From assembly GCF_009914755.1 (NCBI RefSeq), contig NC_060937.1: a DNA stretch of 64,000 nucleotides; one strand, 5' to 3'. A program made the translations under genes and the position numbers. This document shows, one piece after another, positions 47,530 to 64,000 of this stretch; the first letter of the stretch is position 1, and the number at the start of each line of letters is the position of its first letter. Below the pieces are notes generated by a model. The model ran no database searches. It saw nothing but the letters and a program-made list of their open reading frames with translations, and was not told where the DNA came from. The stretch is from the human T2T-CHM13v2.0 reference genome, Homo sapiens.

Positions 47530-49526
47530 TTAGAAGTCATCCAGTCCAACTTATTCACAACACCCCCTCCCCTGCAGTCCCATTTTACAGACAGGAAGCT
47601 CCAACCTGTAGTACTCACAGATGCTGCTGAGATTCATCTCCACCCACTCACTGGAAGCAATCAATTATTTTGGGGGGGGTGTGTGTGTGTGTGTGTCTGT
47701 CTGTCTAAAAGGTGTAAATGAGGAGTGACATTTCTACATTGTTTATTCTGTACTTTTCCTTGGAGTTAATGCAACACCTCCTGTCGCTTAGATTTTAAAA
47801 GGAAAAAGGAGAAATGTGTCTAGTCATAAAGGGGTTGCCGTTAGGAAGTCAGACTTCAGACTGTGCGTCTAAGAGTAGAATCCACTTCTCAAGAGACTGG
47901 GAATGTAAAATGACCACTCAGGTTAGAATTTCCAACTGACAGCCAGGAGGAAAACTTACTCTAAAGTTTTTTTTGCCTAGTTTAAATTGCATTTTAAATC
48001 ACTGTTTAAGCTATTACAGTATTACTGTAAAAAGTTTCAAAGTAATTTTTAGTCATTACCTACACTGAAATTTGAAAGTGAAGTCAACAGCATGCTTTAT
48101 TCTAACTGCTGTTAAAACTCAAAACTATTTTTTTTAACAAATTACAATATTCCTCTTAGATTTTCTTCTGGACACCTATACTTCTTCCTACTGTGTCCAG
48201 TATTCTCCAGCACATGTACCTTTGTGTTTCTCTGCCCATGTACATACCCCTGAAAGTTCAACAAAAAAAGCTATAAAATAGCAGAGAGAACCCAAAATAT
48301 TTCTTATACTGCCAAGTTCCCTTTAAACCTTGGGCACTTGCTCTACTACATGGTTGTATTAATGCTCATAACTAAGCTTTCGATGAATTAGACCAATGTG
48401 TTCTATGTTCTAAATGATATTTAGATATCTGAATCCTTCTGTTATAGCCAACAATAAAAAAAGTTATTAAAAATGTTGAAAAGTATAAAATAGTAATTAT
48501 AAATTAGCAAATACCCAATTTAAAAAAGCAGTTTTCCTTATACAGTACAAGCAACAGTAATTTGAATATTATTCACTTTCAGCCACCATTTGCCCTAGAT
48601 GTACTTTAAAGTTTTTAAGCTTGTGTTTTTGGAGTGAAAATGTATATGGATACTTATTCTAATAATGTAATTCAGGTATCAAAAAATACATATGCATGTT
48701 AAAATGTGATGACAGCTCATATTATAGCAACTCATAACAGGTAAGTATTATTTCCAGAATAACATTAAGTCACTTTTGTAGCTCTAAGTCAATGCTGCAC
48801 AAATGGACACTTAAGATTAAGGCATCATTCTGCTCTGGAGTAGTGCTTCTGTGAATCCCAGGAACTGTACAAAGGCTTTCCGTTTTAAAAAATATATCTT
48901 CTGTTATACTTCAGTTATTTCATTCCACTGATCATTTTCTTGCAAATGAAAATTGAAAATACCAGTCTATAATGTTTTCATACACCTACAAAAAAAGAAA
49001 CAAATTATTGGTTAAAACTTGATTTTTTATTTCTGAAAATATTTACTAAATGGTTCTGTGGGCTAAGGTACAAAGCTACTAATATAACAAGATGGAAAAT
49101 GAATTCCTTAACACTACTAATATTATAACAATAAAGATTTTTGTAGCAGTAAATGAGTGGGTATTACTGTCTTCCCCAGAAGCAATCAAAAGAGTATTTT
49201 AAAAGGGAGAATCTTACAGTACTCCCAGACTGCTAACTTGGACATCATCTGAGAAGACATCTGGTCCACCTACACCTGTCCTAAGATTGGCGCAAGATGT
49301 AGAAAACTTCCCACAGCAACTGTTAAAGGAACTGCAGCTGAGGATTCTCAACCACCACAAGCATCAGCAATTATTTCTGCCCACATTAAGAAGAAATGTG
49401 GACCTCAGACTGAGGGCTTTTCTGGGGACCAAGTACTACTCCACAGCTCCAGCTCTTGGTGGCATGGACCTGGCTTACAATCACCGTATGCGGGACACAG
49501 CTCCTCTTCTGACTGCAGCGCACTCG

Positions 49527-50024
49527 GCCCGACGTGACCTCCACCCCTAGTGCCTGCGATCTGACTGCCCGACATGACCTCCACCCCTAGTGCCTGCGAT
49601 CTGACTCTGCCCGACGTGACCTCCACCCCTAGTGCCTGCGATCTGACTCTGCCCGACGTGACCTCCACCCCTAGTGCCTGCGATCTGACTCTGCCCGACG
49701 TGACCTCCACCCCTAGTGCCTGTGATCTGACTCTGCCCGACGTGACCTCCACCCCTAGTGCCTGTGATCTGACTCTGCCCGACGTGACCTCCACCCCTAG
49801 TGCCTGCGATCTGACTCTGCCCGACGTGACCTCCACCCCTAGTGCCTGCGATCTGACTCTGCCCGACATGACCTCCACCCCTAGTGCCTGCGATCTGACT
49901 GCCCGACGTGACCTCCACCCCTAGTGCCTGTGATCTGACTCTGCCCGACGTGACCTCCACCCCTAGTGCCTGTGATCTGACTCTGCCCGACGTGACCTCC
50001 ACCCCTAGTGCCTGTGATCTGACT
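49527..50024. repeat. VNTR, 12 copies of a 42-bp unit (two units are 40 bp)
   Basis: Unit gcccgacgtgacctccacccctagtgcctgcgatctgactct; starts at 49527, 49567, 49609 ... 49985. Confidence 0.97.
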
Positions 50025-50369
50025 CCGTCCTGGGTCTTAGGCTCTGGCTGCAGCCCTGCCCGCAGGCTCCAGGTCCTCTGCAAGGACCTAACTGCTGAGG
50101 ACAAGCCCACAAGTGAGGAAACAGATGCTCCTCTAGCTGACACTAAAGATAAGATGCCTCTAGAAAAACAAACTCCTGTTATACAGGAACAGGATGATAA
50201 ATGCGATAAGCTCCATGTTTGTGGTAATTTCCTACTTAGCAATTTTCTCTTGCTGTGTCTTTTACAAACCATATAACATAGATAAACCTCTTATTTCTTT
50301 CTTAGAGCCTTTAATTTTGGTCATTTTTCTCTGGGTCGAATTTCCTCAATAGTGGACAAAAGTCACCTT

Positions 50370-53641
<3,272 letters not shown>

Positions 53642-53771
53642 CATATATTTAAAAGTTTCACATATTTTAGTATTTTTAAAATGTTACATTATTTTGATTT
53701 TTCCACATGTATTATATCTGGTGCTTTTCATTTGAACCAGACAAAGCAGTGTTTCAAATGAGAACTATTAC

Positions 53772-53887
53772 CTGATTTGACGATGCCTTCTTCAGCTCCA
53801 TTCTCCAGCCACTGAGATTCACTGTCCAACAAGCGGTTTTTTGATTCACTAAGTGGTTTGATAGGAAAAGGTTGATTTGAGCCACTA
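53772..53887 (-). CDS. ZDHHC20: ZDHHC20 internal coding exon with NAGNAG acceptor
   Basis: ttttcag|tag|tggc acceptor and |gtaata donor; 116 nt: SGSNQPFPIKPLSESKNRLLDSESQWLENGAEEGIVKS; also visible in ORF 53728..53931. Confidence 0.96.
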
Positions 53888-55257
53888 CTGAAAAGAAGAG
53901 CAAACAACTTAGTAAACAGCTTAATGCTCAACTATGGATACTTAATAAATTAATAAGCAGCAAATTAGTATTCCTTCTCCTAAATATGTGAGGGCAACTC
54001 ATGAGATCTTAGCACTCTGAAAAAACTATCTTCAAAATAAAAATAGGCCCACAACCCCCCATTAAATGGCTCTCTAGACCCAAGAATCTGTATTCCAACA
54101 CTGCCAATGAAAACAATTAGTCAAAATTTAAAAAGCTTCAGAGGCCAGTCTGAAATGTTCTTAATATGTTAATCAGGAGCCATAGGTAGTACAAGGACAG
54201 GTGAGGATCTATATCTGTGGCCAGTACAAAACAATTACCTGTCATTTGCCAAGTTTTCTGCTTTCTACCTCTGCAGTTTAGATCTAAGGGGAAAAAATGA
54301 TTCAGTGATTTAGCGTAGACTTATTTTTCTAGCTAAAAGATCCAGGGAGGGAGGGAATGGAGGAAGGAAAGGAAGAGGAAAAGGAAACTAACATTTGTTG
54401 GTTCCCTATTATGGGCCAGACACGATGCTAGGCATCTTATACACATTATCTCAACCCTCAAAATAAACTTTGGTGGTAAGTATCATTATCCTAATTTTAT
54501 AGAGGTGGAAACTGAGGCTCATAGTTTAAGTGACTTGGCCAGAACCCTAACAAATGTTAGAGCTCAAAGGTCTAAGGTTTTAAGCTACATTCTAAGATTT
54601 ATGGTTCTTCCAATATTAATATGCTAGCTTAGAACTTATCATTTTCTCTTCTCCTACAACTTATTTCTGTAGTGAATAAATTACCAATGTTTTACGTGGA
54701 CAGAAGTATCTCTAGCTTCTTTAAAATTTCATTTAAAAGGAACTATTACACTGAATGTATGAAAGTTTACTTGCCATGCAAATATTATGGGAAAATTTCC
54801 TCTAAGATGAATTAATGAAAAAAATTTGTATTTTTGAATCCTCATTATTTTGATAGTATATTAAAATTTATCAAAATAAAATGGTGATTAGTATAATGAC
54901 TAATTTATTTGCAAAAACATAACTGACATAAACCAATCTAATCAAATCTTGAAAGGTCTTAGTTGCTCCCCAGCTTGCCCAGACATTTCCAGCTTTATTT
55001 GATTATCCTGGTTTAACTATTAATAAACAAGCATTCTCTTTCCTACTCGTAAGTGTTCTGGTTTAGATAATAAAAAATTATGGTTATTAGCACATATACT
55101 TTTATTAAACCTCAGTTAAAAAAATTTAAATTTCTCTTTCCCTAACTATGCTGGCTTACTAAATCACTACTGTATTTACTCATAAGATGTACACACAACA
55201 CATGTATACGGTTTGCTTTATGATGAATATAGAAAAGCATAAGGACAATAAGCATAC

Positions 55258-55347
55258 CTTCTGGCATACTCATTCTGGTTTGTAACAGAAGCTTGTTCTG
55301 GATCCATCCCCACAAGGCGAGTTGGAAAACTGCAACCATCACCCAAG
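55258..55347 (-). CDS. ZDHHC20: ZDHHC20 internal coding exon
   Basis: atgcag| ... |gtatgc; 90 nt, in phase with the previous exon: [29 protein letters not shown]. Confidence 0.96.
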
Positions 55348-55501
55348 CTGCATAATGAAAAAGAGTAATAATTTAAATAATGTTAAGTTAAATCAAAATG
55401 GTCAAATTTAACACTCATTTTTCAGAGACATGGCATACATTATCATAACTTGTCATATAAGGAAGTAACTCCTAAAATTTCTAATTTAGGGGTTATTACC
55501 T

Positions 55502-55857
55502 TGATACGGTTTGGCTGTGTCCTCACCCATATCTCATCTTGAATTGTAGTTCCCATAATTCCCACTGTCAAGGGAGGGACCCAGTGGGAGGTAAATGAAT
55601 CATGAGGGAGGGTTTTTCCTGTGCTGTTCTCATGATAATGCACAAATCTCACAAGATCTGACGGTTTTATAAACGGGAGTTCCCCTGGCACATACTCTTG
55701 TTGTCTGCCACCATATAAAACGTGAGTTGCTTCTCCTTGCCTTCCACTATGATAGTGAGGCCTCCTCAGCCGTGTGTGAGTCAATTAAACATCTTTCCTT
55801 TATAAATTACCCAGTTTCGGGTATGTCTTCATTAGCAGTGTGAGAACAGACTAATAC
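55502..55857 (+). mobile_element. THE1 solo LTR
   Basis: tgatacggtttggctgtgtcc...ctcatcttgaattgtag to gagaacagactaatac, ~355 bp. Confidence 0.92.
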
Positions 55858-56249
55858 CTCTATTGCAGACATAAGCCCTTTTCTTTTATAATTTACATAC
55901 ATTTAGAAACAATGTCTTCTGTGCCTATTAAGATTATGATGCCTAGTATAGCACCCCAAGCATAGGTATTCAAGTATTTGGGTAACTGACCTGCTTATCA
56001 TAATCATTCAGGCTCAAACTGAAATTCATGATGTAAGTTCCACATATTTATTTATTCAACAATATTCATTAAACAAATATTTACTGAATGCCTATGATGT
56101 TCTAGGTATTATTTTAAGCACTACAGATATAGGAAATAGTGAACAAAAGAGAAGAAAATTTCTGCCTTCAAGAAGCTTGCGGTCTAAAAAGAGCATACTT
56201 ATGCCTTATTTTCATATTATCTAAACACATCAAAATTGTATACTATAGG

Positions 56250-59260
<3,011 letters not shown>

Positions 59261-59844
59261 AGGCAATTCAGTTAATCTAGGGAAAAAACCCATAACTCTT
59301 ACAAATATGTCACTCAATCTTCAAATATTTTTCCCTTCTTTTTGATGACTTTGGTATATAGCTGGCCTAAAAAGGATGGAAACTGGAAAGAAATGGAAAC
59401 TATCAATCATCTCAAGAATATACTCTCATTTACATTTGGGGTAAAATTGCAGTATGTGGTTGGTCTTCTTTGATTTAGGACACAACAGAATACACAATTC
59501 ATTTCTGTGATAGGATCTTTGAAGTTGTGGCTAATAACTATAAATTTTTATAATTCTTTACTTCAAACAAGTTATTTGCATTTTGAAGAAAAAATCTTAT
59601 TTTTTTAGTGAATCATCTTTTTCTTCTACTTCCCATTCAAATATATAAACTCTCCTTAACCTTATCTAATTAAAAAATGAAAAATAAAATATTTTATGTA
59701 TAAAAAAAGATATTTTGAGTTTTCATTCTCAAAGTCTGTGAGAATATCATTATATATTATATTCTCTAAATCTGAAGACATTTAACCAGAAAAAGAGACT
59801 ACCACAGATGCCATAATCTCTGAGACCCACATTTTATAAATTAC

Positions 59845-59971
59845 CTTGAAAATATTGGAAGTAGCCAATATTTCTTTTCATCACCAAAGACTTGTCTCCA
59901 ATTTTTACTGCATCCAAGAGAGAAACCATTTCCATCAGGTCCGTATGAAAACGTGGGTGCGCGGAATGATT
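59845..59971 (-). CDS. ZDHHC20: ZDHHC20 internal coding exon (after TTxE motif; includes PaCCT motif)
   Basis: Bounded by ttaacag| and |gtaatt on minus; 127 nt translating to (E)SFRAPTFSYGPDGNGFSLGCSKNWRQVFGDEKKYWLLPIFS(S), recognised as the ZDHHC20 C-terminal region. Confidence 0.97.
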
Positions 59972-62953
59972 CTGTTAAATATACATACATATATAAACTA
60001 ATTAATCTATTTAAAAATTATAGGAGGGATGGAAATTACCAATTTTCTTGCTTATATCTTTGACACAAAAACTGTAAATATAATTTAAAATAAATAATAC
60101 ATTAGTAGCAATTAAAAGATAAATTTATGAAACTTATTTTGGGAAAAAATAGCACATTTAATATTTCATCAACCTTATAAAGTAACATGTCAAAATAATT
60201 ATCAAATATTACTGAAAATCTAGTATTGTGTGCTCAGTATCTCTTGGCTTTTTTTTTCTACAAGATATTCTAACTCCTGCAACTTCACTCATTATTTATG
60301 AATTTCCTACTATGTTCCTGATAGCACTGTACCAGGTATTTGGGATTCAAAGATAAATTAGATAAAATTCCTACCAAAGAACCTAGAGTCTAGCAAAAAT
60401 TACAGTGTTATAAGTGCTAACATGGCCATGACGTACTGGGAGCACAGAGGTGAAGGAAGCTAATTTTGTCTCGATAGAGACATATGTGTGCCTCGGGGGT
60501 GCTTGTAGGGAAAGGTGAGCAAGCTGAGGATGACTAGACCATTATTTCAAGCTTGGTTGTTAAGTGATGTAGAGTGAGGTCTGGAGAAAGATACAGGCTT
60601 CACAAAAAATGTTTTTTAATTTAAAAACAAGGCACTTCAGTGTGTTTTATAAGCTAAGGATAAGAACCCAGGGCATTGGGAGGGATTGCTGATATAAAAA
60701 AGTAAAATAAAAACTGAAGAAAGGGATCCTAGAAGAGATGGGAAGGAGTCTAGAAAAGTTGTAAAGGTTAACCTTGAATACCAGAAAAGACATCTTTCTT
60801 CCTCAGAAGTTAGAGGAAGGTGAGAGTGATGGGTGTGAAACAAGAAATGTTTGTATGAGGCTATAAAGATGTGAAGATGAGAGTTTACTTGTGACTCCTT
60901 CTAATTTTTCTACTAGGAACTCATAAAATGGGTAAGGAGAGTGGGAGAATTATGAAAATCTGGAATAACCATCTTGGGTAACAGGTGAGGGACCTGACCA
61001 GAAACATGTGACATTACTGCCAAACAGAGCTAAGGCCCTCCATGAGGCCTAACATCTTAAATCTGTAGCTATAGCAAACCTTATGGAGTAAGACATCCTT
61101 CTACAGCTTTCAACAGCCCCACTGTGCACGCGGATAGAGGATGGCTGGATAACCAGAGCCATGAATTAGCAAAGGAATAATGGGAGAAAGTCTAGGCACC
61201 AAAGATGTAAGGAGCTGTTTTTGTCAAGAGCTGTTAAAGTCATTTATCATAGGATCTAGAATGGACATGGGTGAGAAATAAAACCAGAAGGGAAAGAAAA
61301 ACTTAGGAGAAAATTGTTGGAGAATAGAAGACTCAGGAAGTACATCAGAATACAGCAAATAGAGAATAACATATTCAAGTTTAAAATTTCATTTTCAGGG
61401 GCTCTTCAGTTCTAAGCGATTAAAAAACTCAGAATCAAAGGGACTAGCTTGCTTGTTCAGGATAATGGCATTAGCTTAAATGTAGGAACTCACTAAATGA
61501 GGGTAAACGATCTCAAGGTGGGTAGGTGACAGTTATGAAGAAGACAGAGGTGATACAGCAGAATAAGACACCCTCAAAAGACCCAAGAACAAACATCTGA
61601 ATCAGTGGAGAACTAGCTAAAGACCAGGGCTGTGGGAGATGAAGCTGTTAGAAAGTGGTGTGCTAAGCAATGTTTTTTCAAAGTGTGGGTTAAAACACCT
61701 TAACAGACCACATAATCAACTGAGTGACTTGCAACCCGCATTTCCTTTTAAGAAACTAGAAAAGAAAATATCAGAATATACTGCATATAGTAGAGATTAA
61801 AAAGGTTTTGTGAAACTTTTGCTTGTTTTATTTATATAATTTTATAAATATTTGTGCATGTTCTAAGTCATGATATGAAATGCTGCATTTCTTACTGTGG
61901 CCACCGGCAAAAAAAAGTTTGAAAAAGATTGTTCAAGAGAATAGCAGGTTCCCTAGAAATGCCAATCTCTCACATACCTACGGGGGCTGGGCAGGAAACA
62001 AAGAAGGCACGACTGGCAAGACCTGCAGCAAATGACAGTGTCCACACCCTATCTAAATCCATGCCCTATCTTGGGCAGTCCACCACTGCTTAGCTCCATT
62101 TCACTGACGCCAAGTGGGAAAACGGGCCTACTACCACTAGATTGATCAGTTTTGAAAAGAAGAAATCTGGTTTTCTTTGTGAAATCACTCACATAGATTT
62201 TATTGGTTGGGGAGAACTTAAGGGCTGGACTTTGCCTGTAGGCTGCCTTTTTATCATTTTCAATTAAAGGTAAAGAGATGGCATAATATTCTATAAAGAT
62301 GACAAAAAAAAGTAGTTAATAGGGATAAGAAATTTTATTTACATGGAAAAGGGATGAAAGCATGATGGAACTGGAAGAGAAGGAACAAATCCTCACACTG
62401 GAAGCCCACCATAACTTACAACACAGCTCAGTAACACAACGTTAAAATGATCCAATAACTAAAGCATCTACATGTCTCACCCCAAATCCCTTAATTTTTC
62501 TGTAATTAAAAACTGTTTCCCTCCAACTTACCTGGCAGATATATGGCTGCAGATTGCAGGTGGATTTTAACTTTTTTACAAAACACTACCGTAAAAATCC
62601 TTATTTTGTGTCTTGGTTATGTTAGCAGATACATGAATATTTCAATGATAACATAGCAGTACTTCTTACATGTCAATAGCTCAGTGAGCAATGCCACCAT
62701 TGCTGTTTAGGGAATGTTTGTCCAATTACGTGAATACCTTACTTTTCCCCCTATATTTTCATTTTTTAAAATGAGCAAACAAAAAGAGAAATAAATGTTA
62801 ATACTAGTGACACAATACGTAAGTCTCACTGACAACTGACACAAATATGGAAATAATGAGGCATGTCAAAAGCACTATTCCTTAGCCTCAGTCATGGAAC
62901 ATATGCCAGTTAAATGTGTTTAACTGTGGGGGAAAAAAGTAAAGAATATATAT

Positions 62954-63945
62954 GGGCTGGGCAAGGTGACTTGCATCTGTAATCCTAGCATTTTGGGAGG
63001 CCGAAGTGGGAGGATCACTCAAGCCCAGGAGTTTGAGACAGGCCTGGGCAACGTAGCAAGACCCCATCTCCATAAGAAATAAATAAATTAGCTGGGTGTG
63101 GTAGTGCACACCTGTAGACCCAGCTACTTGGGAGGCTGAGGTGGGAACACTGCTTAAGTCCAGGAGGTCAAGGCTGCAGTGAGCTGTGATGGTACTACTG
63201 CACTCTAGCCAGAGCAAGAGTGAGACTCTGTCTCAAAAAAAAGAAAAAAAAAAAAGAATATACATGAAATACATTGTTATGTTTTAGCTAAAAGATAAGC
63301 TGTAATTGAGGATATAAAGGTTTTCTTATTTGAGAACAAACTTCCTTAAAGCATGTAAATCTACTGTCTATCCCTTATAGATTAATTTTTTTTTTTTTGA
63401 GATAGGGTCTTACTCTCATTGCCCAGGCTGGAGTGCAATGGTGCAATTTTGGCTCACTGCAGCTAGTTTTGTTTTGTATTTTTAGTAAAGACAGGGTTTC
63501 TCCATGTTGCCCAGGCTGGTCTCGAACTCCTGCACTCAAGTAATCCATCCATCTTGGCCTCCCAAAGTGCTGGGATTACAGGTGTGAGCCACTGTGCCCT
63601 GCCTCTTATAGATTAATTTTTGAAACGACACTGTATGAATGCAGGAAAGTTTTCATTTATTAAAATTTATAAAATAGTTCTCCACTTTTATATATAACAC
63701 ATTACTGAAAATGTGTTAAAAAGTCAATCTCATTTCCTCAACCTTCTCCAAAATAATGAACCTTTATTATAAAACCATTGTTCCCATCCAGTCACAATTA
63801 ATTTTACTACAGAATTATTTTATTATTTTTATTTTTTAGAGACTGGGTCTCCCTATGTTGTCTAGGGTGTCCTCCAGGGCTCAGGGGATTCTCCCGCCTC
63901 TGTCTCTGCAGTAGCTGGGATTATTAGGCACGTGCCACCAATTCC
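62954..63945. mobile_element. AluJ copies: 62954-63257 +, 63385-63603 - (internally deleted), 63815-63945 - (partial)
   Basis: Alu consensus motifs. Confidence 0.85.
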
Positions 63946-64000
63946 AGAGTCAGAATTGTCTTACACTTCTGTATCATCTGACCCTTGTTCTTCTCTAGAT

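Noticed and set aside
49527-50024. CRISPR-like regular repeat array
   Set aside because: Units are head-to-tail with no unique spacers, no cas genes are present, and the DNA is primate
49405-50276. Long repetitive ORFs on both strands (LPDVTSTPSACDLT; ALGVEVTSGRVRSQ)
   Set aside because: Consequence of a 42-bp (multiple of 3) VNTR; the 40-bp units shift frame and there is no exon context
53728-53771. Read-through tail SGNSSHLKHCFVWFK* by intron retention
   Set aside because: A short open frame past a donor is expected by chance; no supporting signal
62526-62538. ACTTACCTGGCAG matches the U1 snRNA 5' end (similar at 27235)
   Set aside because: Similarity stops after ~13 nt; better explained as a minus-strand splice-donor consensus

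Overview
This is primate (human-like) genomic DNA, not microbial, and about half of it is interspersed repeats. The right third holds the 3' end of ZDHHC20 (palmitoyltransferase) on the minus strand: three internal coding exons, a cassette exon encoding the ...GTNNHVTVAIEN C-terminus, and a terminal exon (...GV-stop) with a ~4 kb 3' UTR containing an inverted Alu pair. The rest contains a full-length GAPDH processed pseudogene, a 3'-truncated Tigger1, two tailless 5S rRNA retrocopies with target-site duplications, a 42-bp CpG-rich VNTR, a duplicated 10-mer minisatellite, many Alu/L1/LTR/MER elements, and weak evidence for a spliced minus-strand lncRNA at the left (probably LINC00539, from recollection of the 13q12 locus). 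Almost all ORFs in the supplied track are spurious (Alu- or repeat-derived, or chance). I found no convincing new biological system. The best leads are the alternative C-terminal options of ZDHHC20 (including a candidate extra acceptor inside the 3' UTR), the splice-donor/E-box minisatellite pair, the VNTR, and several small retroposition or template-switch events. Repeat family names were assigned by eye and boundaries are approximate.
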